Source of the DNA: a virus
Taxonomy: Duplodnaviria; Heunggongvirae; Uroviricota; Caudoviricetes
Reading direction: 5' to 3' (one strand)
Length of the DNA stretch: 35,146 nucleotides
IMG/VR virus record: IMGVR_UViG_2909309443_000004
Made by a program: the position numbers and the translations under genes. Positions 1 through 8,210 of this stretch are shown here, in pieces. Under the pieces are notes generated by a model, which was not told the origin of the DNA, did no database searches, and saw only the letters and a list, made by a program, of their open reading frames with translations. How positions within the stretch are numbered: the first letter of the stretch is position 1; each line of letters opens with the position of its first letter.

Positions 1-1251
1 GTGCTTACCGATACAAAATTAAAAAACCTCAAGCCGCAGGACAAACTGTACAAGGTCTCCGATCGTGACGGGCTGTATGTAGCTGTGCTTACGTCAGGCA
101 CGGTCTCGTTTCGCTATGACTACCGTATCAACGGTCGCCGCGAAACACTGGTAATCGGGCAGTATGGGCGTGACGGTATCAGCCTGGCAGAAGCGCGAGA
201 AGAACTGATTGCTGCAAAGAAGCTGCTTAAAGCAGGCCAGTCACCGGCTGCGGCTAAACGTGACGGTATCAAAAAGATTCGTGGTGCCGAGACGTTTGCG
301 GTACATACCGACAGTTATATGAAACACGTCATCCTGGCTGACAGTACCCGCGCAATGAAACAGGCGGTGATCGACCGTGACATACTTCCGGTTCTTGGCA
401 ATAAAATGATGGCTGAAATTACCACATCGATGGTTCGTGATTTGTGTGACCGGATTGTCGAACGCGGTGGCCGGGCAACAGCAGTGCAGGCCAGGGAGAT
501 CATCAGTAGCGTATACCGTCACGCCAATGACCGTGGTCATGGTTTGTTTAATCCTGCGGCTGACATTAAACCTTCGTCTATCGCCATATTTAAACCACGA
601 GAGCGAACACTGACACCAGAAGAAATTGGCCTGTTCTTCCGCACGCTGGATGCCATTGGTGCTATGGGCACTATGAAAATGGCTTTAAAACTGGTGCTTA
701 TCACTATGGTTCGTAAGGGCGAATTCACCAATGCAACGTGGGATGAAATAGATTTTAAAAAATGGACATGGACAATTCCTCCAGACCGCATGAAGGGAAG
801 CCGGGCGCACGTTATTTACCTGCCTAAACAGGCACAGGATATATTGGTCGGGTTGCAGATGTGCGCTGGTGGAAGTGAATATCTGGTTCCTGGTCGTTAC
901 AATTTCCGGAAGCCATTATCTAATGCCGCGCTGAACTCTCTGATCGACAGAACGGTGAAAATAATAAATGAAGATGGTGAGCATATTCAGGACTTCACTG
1001 TACATGATATGCGCCGTACAGCCAGTACGTTGTTGCATGAGGCTGGTTATCCTTCAGACTGGATTGAAAAGGCTCTGGCACATGAGCAGAAAGGTGTGCG
1101 CGCCGTATATAACAAAGCGGAATACGCCAGACAGCGCGCCTACATGTTGCAGCAGTGGGCCGATATGATTGATTCATGGATTGACGGGGAGCATACGGAT
1201 CTGATTCCGTTCTCCCCGTCGAAGTTTGAGAAGTGGATGGCGGGGGAATAA
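1..1251 (+). CDS. int: Phage integrase, tyrosine recombinase (P4-like family); GTG start at window edge
   Basis: 416-aa ORF; N-terminal region (MLTDTKLKNLKPQDKLYKVSDRDGLYVAV...) typical of P4-type integrase arm-binding domain, C-terminal catalytic region with HDMRRTAST and terminal Tyr-containing segment (AVYNKAEYARQRAYM); sits at prophage end next to early genes. Confidence 0.9.
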   Translation: MLTDTKLKNLKPQDKLYKVSDRDGLYVAVLTSGTVSFRYDYRINGRRETLVIGQYGRDGISLAEAREELIAAKKLLKAGQSPAAAKRDGIKKIRGAETFAVHTDSYMKHVILADSTRAMKQAVIDRDILPVLGNKMMAEITTSMVRDLCDRIVERGGRATAVQAREIISSVYRHANDRGHGLFNPAADIKPSSIAIFKPRERTLTPEEIGLFFRTLDAIGAMGTMKMALKLVLITMVRKGEFTNATWDEIDFKKWTWTIPPDRMKGSRAHVIYLPKQAQDILVGLQMCAGGSEYLVPGRYNFRKPLSNAALNSLIDRTVKIINEDGEHIQDFTVHDMRRTASTLLHEAGYPSDWIEKALAHEQKGVRAVYNKAEYARQRAYMLQQWADMIDSWIDGEHTDLIPFSPSKFEKWMAGE

Positions 1252-1254
1252 CGT

Positions 1255-1449
1255 TTAATAGTTCTGCTGATTTTCTTCCATCTCGGCTTCTGCTGCCAGT
1301 GATTCAATTTTATCTGCGAATATTGCTGACAGTGTTGCAAATTCAGCATCAGTGACAGCGGGAATTGGAACAAACCTGATCCCGCTGTGTGCAAGCATGT
1401 TTGCAGTTTCAAGGCATTTCCTTAAATCTGCTGGTGATGCCCGGTTCAT
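1255..1449 (-). CDS. Hypothetical small protein (~64 aa), start at internal ATG immediately after methyltransferase stop
   Basis: ORF 1255..1569 in track; internal Met (MNRASPADLRK...) at 1449 abuts the stop of the upstream methyltransferase gene, suggesting translational coupling; no recognisable family. Confidence 0.35.
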   Translation of the reverse strand: MNRASPADLRKCLETANMLAHSGIRFVPIPAVTDAEFATLSAIFADKIESLAAEAEMEENQQNY

Positions 1450-2096
1450 GCTGCACGCTCCCGCCCCTGGTTGTCTGTTGGTGACAGCGGAGCATTGCTG
1501 AATGCATTTGTTAATCTGGCAATATCCAATGCGTATCCAGGGTGTAGTTGCACTGCCGGGTCTTCGCACTGATTACCCCAAACATCGAAGCCATGAGACG
1601 ACTGGCGGGCGAACAGTTCAATGCGAGAAACATCGCCTAACAATTGCACAAGTTTTTCACGAACGACATCTGGTTTTCTTGAATGCTCAAGCCGCGGTGC
1701 GGTAAATGACTGAACGATCCCTGCATTAATGCGCGGAGGTAGTTTTCCCTTTACTGCAAACAGGCAATCTTCACTATTGGCGCGAGTCATGTGTCCCATA
1801 CCCATAACCAGTTTATCTGGTTGTCGACTACCACATTTTATCCATGTGAAGCCCTTCATGGTCATCAGACGGAATCCCCAGGCTTCAACAACTTTTAGCG
1901 CTTCGAGTGGTTGTGTTGGCACCCACCACATGGCCAACAGACAGTTTTCATCGGCCAAATCCCACACAGGAAGGCGGCAGATATCCATCACACTCATAAC
2001 CGGATATTTAAAACCGGCACCGCGATTACCATCTGCGGCTTTGTCCCGGTATACCCAGGGTGGATCTGCATAGATTAGTGTGTATTTCTTAGTCAT
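1446..2096 (-). CDS. N6-adenine DNA methyltransferase, MT-A70 family (orphan, no cognate nuclease seen)
   Basis: 216-aa ORF with DPPW catalytic motif (LIYADPPWVYRD) near N-terminus, characteristic of MT-A70/Dam-like phage methyltransferases. Confidence 0.8.
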   Translation of the reverse strand: MTKKYTLIYADPPWVYRDKAADGNRGAGFKYPVMSVMDICRLPVWDLADENCLLAMWWVPTQPLEALKVVEAWGFRLMTMKGFTWIKCGSRQPDKLVMGMGHMTRANSEDCLFAVKGKLPPRINAGIVQSFTAPRLEHSRKPDVVREKLVQLLGDVSRIELFARQSSHGFDVWGNQCEDPAVQLHPGYALDIARLTNAFSNAPLSPTDNQGRERAA

Positions 2097-2388
2097 AAAC
2101 CACCCCGCAACATCCTATACCGCTATAGTCGCCACGGCGAAGGCCGTTACCTTTTGTGATACATTGGTCCCTGCGAACCGCGATCCTTGCACGCTCAACA
2201 TCACCAGAAGCAACATCCATACACTGAAGCCAAAGGTGAGCGGCAATGCGGAACTGTCCTTTTTTCTCTCTTTCAATTGCGCGTTTTTCGATCTCTATCG
2301 CCGCAGGAGTAACGGCGACAATCTTTGACGGACTGCGCATTGAAACCTTGTTCATGTGATATTTTTCAAGTCGGCTTAACTTTCTCAC
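2089..2388 (-). CDS. Hypothetical protein
   Basis: 99-aa ORF in leftward early operon, 8-nt overlap with downstream methyltransferase start; no recognised domain. Confidence 0.4.
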   Translation of the reverse strand: MRKLSRLEKYHMNKVSMRSPSKIVAVTPAAIEIEKRAIEREKKGQFRIAAHLWLQCMDVASGDVERARIAVRRDQCITKGNGLRRGDYSGIGCCGVVYD

Positions 2389-2497
2389 TTAATCCAACCC
2401 TCTCTGAAAATTAATGCCAGCAGATAAAGCCATGCTGAAACAGAGGCCAGGAATAAGTACCATCCTGACCATTTGCTCCAGTGCCTTAGCAGCACAC

Positions 2498-2746
2498 TCA
2501 TGCAGCGTTGCTCACAGGACGATATACACGTTGCTGAACAGGAGGCTTTTTACCCTGGAACTCTGCCGGGCTTGCTGCCTGACGTTCATCAAGCCAACGC
2601 TCAACTTCATCACGGTTCCATGCGCAGCGTTTGTCAGTGATATACCAGCGTTTAGGAAATTCCCCTGCGCGCTCCATGCGGTCGATAGTGCTCCATGACA
2701 GTGGCACCACCGCCAGGAGTTCCTTCTTACCTAATGCACCTTTCAT
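2498..2746 (-). CDS. AlpA-family DNA-binding protein (putative excisionase/transcriptional regulator)
   Basis: 82-aa ORF; segment LSWSTIDRMERAGEFPKRWYITDKRCAWNRDEVERWL matches AlpA/Xis-type HTH pattern (..STIYR.. G.FP.. W...EV..WL). Confidence 0.7.
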   Translation of the reverse strand: MKGALGKKELLAVVPLSWSTIDRMERAGEFPKRWYITDKRCAWNRDEVERWLDERQAASPAEFQGKKPPVQQRVYRPVSNAA

Positions 2747-2795
2747 AAATACCTCTCTTGGTTGCAGTGCGGCGCGCGTGGCGCCGCGGTGGTGG

Positions 2796-3737
2796 TTACA
2801 TAGATGTTTCGTTTAATTCTTCTCGACGAACGCTGTAAACGTCGGTGGCTTTTGCCAGCAGTTCGTCATCATCTGAAAGTTTTTGTGCAATGTATTTGTA
2901 AGCTTTATCCAGTTCGAAGACAGTGCTGTAATTCATCGCTGCGCTGGTAAAGGCCATCAGCATTTCTTCTGGATCACGGCTATCCGCTTTACGCGTTTGC
3001 TCATCAGGCTTTTTCACTTGTTTAGCGTTGATCAGACTGTTCATTCCCGCAGCAGTGGTCGTTTGCGGAGTAATGTCTCGCTCAACGCGCGGTGCCGTTT
3101 CCTGTAATTCGTCTGGTGTGTAGACGCCCATGATTACGTCAGGACAGTGCAGGCGAGACCAGCGTTTTGTCGCAAGGTATGCGAGTTGTTGTTTCGGATC
3201 ACTGGCCCAAAGTGTGGAGTTTCTTACCTGTGCTTGAGACAGCATTAACTCAAGCACTCGAGGTTGATCCTCGCCCTTCATGGTTGCCCATACGCGAACA
3301 CCGCAGCCTTCTTCGTCTTTTAGAGTCCAGCCTGGTGCGATATATGGATTGCCGTTTTTGGATGTTTTCTCAACAAACTTACCGATCACGCGTTCCCACG
3401 GCCCGAACCACTCGTAGTTGATGCGATCTTTTGTTGGCGACATCGTTGAGATAACTGCGTTTACTAATTGGGCTTCATAACCTAGCGTGCCGTTCACAAC
3501 ATGGGTTTTCTGAGCCACGGCAAACGGGTTCATTCCCCACTGCGCAGCCTGCATTGCCACGGCCATGCAATCAGCTGGTTTCCCGGCGAGGTGCGCCGGT
3601 ACCGTTACGCGGCTTTGCGCCATTACCTCGGCGAATTTCATCAGTTGGTTCAAGCCGTCTGGGCTGAAAATAGTTGCAGCAGTTCCAGCGATTGCTGTGT
3701 CTACTGGTGCGTTGATGTTTGCGATGTCGTTGCTCAT
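2796..3737 (-). CDS. recT: RecT-family single-strand annealing recombinase
   Basis: Track ORF 2796..3764; ATG at 3737 overlaps stop of upstream exonuclease gene (ATGA). Sequence features of RecT family (..LWASDPKQQLAYLATKRWSRLHCPDVIMGV..). Confidence 0.85.
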   Translation of the reverse strand: MSNDIANINAPVDTAIAGTAATIFSPDGLNQLMKFAEVMAQSRVTVPAHLAGKPADCMAVAMQAAQWGMNPFAVAQKTHVVNGTLGYEAQLVNAVISTMSPTKDRINYEWFGPWERVIGKFVEKTSKNGNPYIAPGWTLKDEEGCGVRVWATMKGEDQPRVLELMLSQAQVRNSTLWASDPKQQLAYLATKRWSRLHCPDVIMGVYTPDELQETAPRVERDITPQTTTAAGMNSLINAKQVKKPDEQTRKADSRDPEEMLMAFTSAAMNYSTVFELDKAYKYIAQKLSDDDELLAKATDVYSVRREELNETSM

Positions 3738-4555
3738 ATGTACATATCCTGTTTGCGTGCCCACTCAGGGCGTTTAATGATTTCCACACCGCCCCATTCA
3801 TCATTGATGCGGCATTCGTGATAGGTATTCAGATCCCGGCGGAACAGAGCGTGCCCGGCATCGACATCCTGCGCATCCAGCTCGAACACGCGTACCGGAT
3901 ACCGACCACAATCAATGCTTTCGCTCACGGCAAGAAAGAAAAAACCATGCGGCTGACCAGTAACCCTCATTGCGCCTTCGCGGTACATTGCGTCCTGCAC
4001 GTGGTAGCGGAATTCCTCGATGTGGCGTGCAAAACGGTCCATATCTGCAACCTTTTTCACGTCGACGATTACGTTGTGCTCGTTCAGCCATTTGTCTGGA
4101 CGAATTCGGCACAACTCACCCGTCTCTTCATCGTTCCAGTACATTGATGCTTCGCAGTAACCAGGTGCTTCCAACATCCAGCGTGCCGCCGGATGAGCCA
4201 TTGCGCTATCACGCATCAGCTCCAGTTTTCGCCACTGCTCGACATCAAGTACCGTAATACCCATATCCGCCACATCACGAAGAAATGCTTCTTCGTCAGC
4301 TTTACCTTGTTTTGTCCGACGATCTAATTTCGGTGAAACGATGAAGCGTTTGTCGAATTCTCCAGGTTCCAGAAGCAGACAGTGCAATGCGGTTCCCATA
4401 TCCAGTGCAGACTTTTTCTCTTCGTCTTCTGGTGCTGCCTGAACCCATTTAAGAAGCGCCGGATTCTTGGCAACCATGTCCAGTTGCGACTTACTCACGC
4501 CGTCACCGGCGTGGTAGTCTTCGTTGCTGATGTCGAAATAAATTCCCGGTTTCAT
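3734..4555 (-). CDS. Putative exonuclease, PD-(D/E)XK fold (RecE C-terminal domain / exonuclease VIII-like), partner of RecT
   Basis: 273-aa ORF; N-terminal GIYFDISNEDYHAG motif and acidic/Lys catalytic-like residues (..VIVDVKK..) typical of phage PDDEXK exonucleases found beside RecT; start overlaps previous gene stop. Confidence 0.7.
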   Translation of the reverse strand: MKPGIYFDISNEDYHAGDGVSKSQLDMVAKNPALLKWVQAAPEDEEKKSALDMGTALHCLLLEPGEFDKRFIVSPKLDRRTKQGKADEEAFLRDVADMGITVLDVEQWRKLELMRDSAMAHPAARWMLEAPGYCEASMYWNDEETGELCRIRPDKWLNEHNVIVDVKKVADMDRFARHIEEFRYHVQDAMYREGAMRVTGQPHGFFFLAVSESIDCGRYPVRVFELDAQDVDAGHALFRRDLNTYHECRINDEWGGVEIIKRPEWARKQDMYI

Positions 4556-4851
4556 GCCGCGTCCCTCTGCCCATCAAGCTGATCAGCCAGATCCCAGCGC
4601 GCGATAATTGCCATTGCCTCGCGCCGGTAGGCATCCATCAGTTCTTCGAACTCAGGGCTGTCTTTAGCTGCTTCCAGCACTTCCTGGCGAACTCCTTTGC
4701 CTGTTACAACGTCGAAAGTTGAGGCCAGTTGATGAAGCCGGATGGTCTCAATCAGTTCAACTTGTCGGTCATATAGCTGTTCTGACAGGCGGTAGTCCTT
4801 GTCGAATGCCAGCATGATTTTTTGAAGATTTTTCTGCTGATTAACGTTCAT
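4552..4851 (-). CDS. Hypothetical early protein (~99 aa)
   Basis: Track ORF 4552..4866; probable start MNVNQQ at 4851 preceded by GGGAGGG Shine-Dalgarno; no recognised domain. Confidence 0.45.
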   Translation of the reverse strand: MNVNQQKNLQKIMLAFDKDYRLSEQLYDRQVELIETIRLHQLASTFDVVTGKGVRQEVLEAAKDSPEFEELMDAYRREAMAIIARWDLADQLDGQRDAA

Positions 4852-4853
4852 TA

Positions 4854-5006
4854 TCAGCCCTCCCATATCTCGTTATCGTTGGCCACATCGCGAGCTTCTT
4901 TGCTGACGAAAGCCCACTTAATGCCTTCCTGTAAGGTGCGGAACTTCCAGCTCATGAATCCGCATGCAGTAACGCAGTACCAACCGTTGATGATTTTCCA
5001 CTGCAT
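4854..5006 (-). CDS. Small Trp/Cys-containing protein (50 aa), first gene of leftward early operon
   Basis: Manually translated minus-strand ORF MQWKIINGWYCVTACGFMSWKFRTLQEGIKWAFVSKEARDVANDNEIWEG; below 60-aa track cutoff; lies immediately downstream of the two OL operator palindromes. Confidence 0.3.
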   Translation of the reverse strand: MQWKIINGWYCVTACGFMSWKFRTLQEGIKWAFVSKEARDVANDNEIWEG

Positions 5007-5025
5007 AACTTGTTACCTCGGTCTG

Positions 5026-5102
5026 TTACCGTTGAGGTAATAATTATGCTTATTTGGTTTGGTGTCAATAGATATGAGTTAAAAAAATTACCCGTAAGGT
5101 AA
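5026..5102. promoter_or_regulatory. OL-like operator pair: TTACCGTTGAGGTAA (5026-5040) and TTACCCGTAAGGTAA (5088-5102)
   Basis: Two perfect 5-bp inverted half-sites separated by 5 bp, located between repressor gene terminator and start of leftward early operon. Confidence 0.55.
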
Positions 5103-5111
5103 TCTATCTGG

Positions 5112-5137
5112 CAATAAAAAAGCCGCCATGAGGCGGC
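5112..5137 (-). terminator. Rho-independent terminator downstream of repressor gene
   Basis: Minus-strand hairpin GCCGCC-tcat-GGCGGC followed by TTTTTTATT, 20-45 nt after repressor stop codon. Confidence 0.55.
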
Positions 5138-5159
5138 TTACTTGCTGAAAACTATAGTT

Positions 5160-5744
5160 TTATTGTTTGCTTTTTTCGTTCTGGTTGATGACAAATTCAA
5201 TGTAACTTTCGATCTTTGCCTTCTCTGTTTCAGGTAACAATGCGTAGCGCGAGCGGTCATAGTTGATAGTCGCGGGGTCGTGCGGGTGAATCAGTAATTC
5301 ATATCCGTGACGCCCAAATGCGGATGCAACATTCTCCAGGGTGGAAATGGAAACGCTGACCTCATTGTTTAACAGGCGGCTGATTGTTACCTGGGCGACG
5401 CCGGATGCGCGGTGAAGTTTTCCCTGCGTTGAAAGGTCGCGGCTTTCGCTCATCCAGCGTTCCAGGTTGTGAGCCGCCAGTTGACCAATGTCGCTTGGTC
5501 CGACAGGCTGAAAACCTTCCTGAGAAAGCGAGCGATCGATATCAAGCCAGTTACGGGGTTTATTGGCGGCAGCTTCAATTTTTCGCGCAACCTGGTCGCC
5601 GATAACCTTCTTGCCAAGAGCCCAGCGGTTTACCAGATTTGCCTGAGTTCCAAGTTTTTCAGCCATCCGCGTCTGAACACCATTGAATTCACGGTCGATC
5701 AAGTCGTTGAGATTTTGCCTGCGGACGTCCTGGATACTTTTCAT
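5160..5744 (-). CDS. Prophage repressor (CI-like), HTH protein without recognisable S24 peptidase domain
   Basis: 194-aa ORF divergent from Cro-like gene; two HTH-like segments (GVQTRMAEKLGTQANLVNRWALGKK and LHRASGVAQVTISRLLNNEVSVSISTLENVASAF); no Ala-Gly/Ser-Lys LexA-like cleavage module evident. Confidence 0.7.
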   Translation of the reverse strand: MKSIQDVRRQNLNDLIDREFNGVQTRMAEKLGTQANLVNRWALGKKVIGDQVARKIEAAANKPRNWLDIDRSLSQEGFQPVGPSDIGQLAAHNLERWMSESRDLSTQGKLHRASGVAQVTISRLLNNEVSVSISTLENVASAFGRHGYELLIHPHDPATINYDRSRYALLPETEKAKIESYIEFVINQNEKSKQ

Positions 5745-5799
5745 TTTCTGGAAAATCGCCTCATATCTGAATCAGAAGATGATTCAATTTAAAGCAATA

Positions 5800-5862
5800 T
5801 TACCCAACAGGTAAATGCACCTCATGGGTAACTATCCTTGATTTTTGTTACCTTATAGGTGA
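5800..5862. promoter_or_regulatory. OR-like operator region: TTACCCAACAGGTAA (5800-5814) and TTACCTTATAGGTGA (5848-5862) between divergent repressor and cro-like genes
   Basis: Same palindrome family as OL; intergenic 154-bp region with AT-rich promoter-like hexamers (TTGATT ... TGAATAT). Confidence 0.55.
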
Positions 5863-5898
5863 ATATTTATTATCTGAAATAAATATCAGGCAATAGCT

Positions 5899-6129
5899 AT
5901 GAGCGATAACGGACATTTCGATTTCAAAAAGCACTGGCTTGCACTTACTCCGGATGAGCGTGAAGCCTTCGCACAGGAAGCCGGAACGACGAGTCACTAT
6001 ATCCAGACTCACTTAACAGGTAAGCGCAAAATGCCAGGTAAGGTATTGATGGATGGGCTTTTTAAAGCCTGTAAATCAAGACAATGGCTGCGCTCAAAAG
6101 CAGAACTGGCATACTTCTTCTACTCATGA
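5899..6129 (+). CDS. Cro-like small HTH regulator
   Basis: 76-aa ORF divergent from repressor; HTH-like segment EREAFAQEAGTTSHYIQTHLTGKRKMP. Confidence 0.6.
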   Translation: MSDNGHFDFKKHWLALTPDEREAFAQEAGTTSHYIQTHLTGKRKMPGKVLMDGLFKACKSRQWLRSKAELAYFFYS

Positions 6130-6184
6130 TATCCAGCCACAACCCTCTGTAGACCGCCATCCGGCGGTCTTTTCATATCTATTC

Positions 6185-6199
6185 GTACCTCAAGGGTAA
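6185..6199. promoter_or_regulatory. Operator-like palindrome GTACCTCAAGGGTAA
   Basis: One-mismatch member of TTACC-N5-GGTAA family, 80 bp upstream of the 6280 ATG. Confidence 0.4.
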
Positions 6200-6279
6200 T
6201 AAAAAACCAAATATGGTTGATCTTTTTTTTGTGTCAGCACAAAATAACCGTAATCCCAATACTAATAACAGGGCTTACC

Positions 6280-6480
6280 ATGGAAATCATTACACGTATT
6301 GATGCCGCAAAGCGCGGACTTAAACGCTACTACACCGGAAAAACATGTAAGCACGGACATGACAGTGAACGCTGGGTTTACAACGGACACTGTGTTGAGT
6401 GCACCATGGAATCAAACCGTCGTATCAGGGCAGAGATTAAGCAGATCATGATTAATTCCTCCCCACAACATTCAAGCTGA
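6280..6480 (+). CDS. Small Cys/His-rich protein (possible zinc-binding regulator), cII position
   Basis: Track ORF 6217..6480 (TTG); likely ATG at 6280 (MEIITRIDAAKRGLKRYYTGKTCKHGHDSERWVYNGHCVECT...); C-x-H-x-H ... C-x2-C arrangement. Confidence 0.45.
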   Translation: MEIITRIDAAKRGLKRYYTGKTCKHGHDSERWVYNGHCVECTMESNRRIRAEIKQIMINSSPQHSS

Positions 6481-6495
6481 TAGCGGAGATTAATC

Positions 6496-7311
6496 ATGAG
6501 CAGACATGCAACAGATTGGGCCTGGGAGACAGATCCAGGTAGCTCGTCATTAAAGCTCATACTGCTCTCGATGGCTGACAGAGCCGATGAATATAACCTC
6601 TGCTACCCCAGCATAGAACGCCTCGTTAAAGACACTTGCCTGAATAAAAAAACCGTGCAGGCCGGACTTATATCGCTCATGAAAATGGGGCTTATTTCAG
6701 ATACCGGGGAGAGAAAGGGAGCGACAAAAAGAGTGCGGGTTTTCTCTCTTAATATAACCAAAAACGGGAACATTAAAGGCAACCGAGAGGGGGGCAATGA
6801 ACCCGAAAACGGTAATGTTACCGAAAACGGGAATATACCCAAAAACGGGATGTTGAATGATCCCAAAAACGGGATGTTGAATGATCCCAAAAACGGGATC
6901 CAGAACCAGTCATATAACCAGTCATTTAACCAAGAGAGGGAGAGCAGGACAAAAAACGGGGATTCTGTGCATCATGACCCCGGCGCAAACAACGCCGTGA
7001 TGAATAACTTTGTTCCTCCTGGTGGGCCAGGGCAATTAGGCAAATTTGTCATGCATGAACAATGGCAGCCATCAGATGACTTTCTTCGGAAAAGCTCATT
7101 GCAGGGGATCTACCTGGACAGTCTGCCAACGGCACAGGAACTTGCAGAGTTCAGAATTTACTGGATGGCTGAGGGTAAGGCATACCATCAGGCACAGTGG
7201 GAGCAGAAGCTGGCAAGGCGGCTGCAGATTAGCAGACAGAAGCAATCAACATTACCTGATAACAACGTTCCGCACTGGAACAGCCCTGAAGCATGGGAGG
7301 ATTTCTTGTGA
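6496..7311 (+). CDS. Replication initiator, lambda O-like N-terminal HTH domain with DnaT-like C-terminal region
   Basis: 271-aa ORF; N-terminus (..LKLILLSMADRADEYNLCYPSIERLVKDTCLNKKTVQAGLISLMKMGLI..) typical of phage replisome organiser HTH; contains iteron array in linker. Confidence 0.7.
   Translation: MSRHATDWAWETDPGSSSLKLILLSMADRADEYNLCYPSIERLVKDTCLNKKTVQAGLISLMKMGLISDTGERKGATKRVRVFSLNITKNGNIKGNREGGNEPENGNVTENGNIPKNGMLNDPKNGMLNDPKNGIQNQSYNQSFNQERESRTKNGDSVHHDPGANNAVMNNFVPPGGPGQLGKFVMHEQWQPSDDFLRKSSLQGIYLDSLPTAQELAEFRIYWMAEGKAYHQAQWEQKLARRLQISRQKQSTLPDNNVPHWNSPEAWEDFL
6757..6903. repeat. Iteron array (putative phage origin of replication) inside initiator gene: ~6 copies of CCAAAAACGGGA-like unit, including an exact 24-bp tandem duplication
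   Basis: Direct repeats accaaaaacgggaacatt / cccgaaaacggtaatgtt / accgaaaacgggaatata / cccaaaaacgggatgttgaatgat (x2) / cccaaaaacgggatcc; encode KNGN/ENGN peptide repeats. Confidence 0.65.
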
Positions 7312-8093
7312 ACAACGTTTTTACCGCGATACAAAACCGTGACGGAGAAGCCCTTTCTCGCATGTCAGGTTATGAGCATCAGTACACCAACAATGACAAC
7401 GTAGTGAACATGTCAGCAGAGAGGCTTGTTGATGCCCTTTTCAAACAGTTGAAACAACTGTTTCCGGCGGCAGTGGTAACCAACCTGAAGACGCCAGAGC
7501 AGGAAGTTGCTGCAAAACAGCAGTGGATTGCTGCGTTTGCCGAAGGGGGGATCCGAACCCGTGAACAGGTTTCTGCTGGTATGCGCCACGCCCGCGCCAG
7601 TGAATCTCCGTTCTGGCCGTCGCCAGGGCAATTTATCAAGTGGTGTAAAGACAGCAAGATGGTTCTTGGCGTCACCATTGACGATGTGATGGCGGAGTTT
7701 CACCGGTACAGCAAGGAAAAAAGTTTATATCCTGGTGGTCCCGAAAGATTCCCGTGGCGGCATCCGGTTATGTACTGGGTCGTATGTGATACACGCCGTG
7801 CAATGTATCAGCGCCAGCTTAGCGAGATTGAGGTTGAGAAACACGCGCGCAGGCTGCTCGATGATTGGGCGAAAAAGGTGGCTTCCGGACAGCAGATACC
7901 CGATCCGGTGATCAGCATACAGGCAAAGCCAGAGCCCATGAGTACGCCTCCGGACACAGGGAGAGACGTTTACCATCCACCAGGGCGAAGTTTCGGGTGC
8001 ATGCCTAACGCCGCCACCCTTGGGGGAATAACACCGGCGCAGTGGCTGATGGAGGAATACAGGCGGGGAAAGGCGGCAGGATTTATCAAGTAA
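7293..8093 (+). CDS. Replication protein P-like helicase loader (lambda P family)
   Basis: Segment FPAAVVTNLKTPEQEVAAKQQWIAAFAEGGIRTREQVSAGMRHARASESPFWPSPGQFIKWCKD closely parallels lambda P (..QWVLAFRENGITTMEQVNAGMRVARRQNRPFLPSPGQFVAWCRE..); alternative GTG start at 7308 overlapping O-like stop. Confidence 0.85.
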   Translation: MGGFLVNNVFTAIQNRDGEALSRMSGYEHQYTNNDNVVNMSAERLVDALFKQLKQLFPAAVVTNLKTPEQEVAAKQQWIAAFAEGGIRTREQVSAGMRHARASESPFWPSPGQFIKWCKDSKMVLGVTIDDVMAEFHRYSKEKSLYPGGPERFPWRHPVMYWVVCDTRRAMYQRQLSEIEVEKHARRLLDDWAKKVASGQQIPDPVISIQAKPEPMSTPPDTGRDVYHPPGRSFGCMPNAATLGGITPAQWLMEEYRRGKAAGFIK

Positions 8094-8130
8094 TACCAGC
8101 GCGATAGCGCATTTTTTTACGTCTATATGA

Positions 8131-8207
8131 TTACCTGGAAGGTAATAAAATGTTCTAATCTCTATTGATTTCATGTCTTATGTGGTTTTTAATTACCTAA
8201 GGGGTAA
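8131..8207. promoter_or_regulatory. Operator pair TTACCTGGAAGGTAA (8131-8145) and TTACCTAAGGGGTAA (8193-8207) upstream of 8211 ORF
   Basis: Two perfect TTACC-N5-GGTAA palindromes in 117-bp intergenic region after P-like gene. Confidence 0.5.
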
Positions 8208-8210
8208 ATC

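Noticed and set aside
6757-6903. Possible CRISPR array (short direct repeats with regular spacing)
   Set aside because: Repeats are only ~12-24 bp, imperfect, lie inside a coding frame that translates to a peptide repeat, and no cas genes are present; iterons fit better
7725-8174. 149-aa minus-strand ORF overlapping the 3' end of the P-like gene
   Set aside because: Antisense to a confidently identified lambda-P-like gene; Arg/Cys/Pro-rich translation looks non-protein-like
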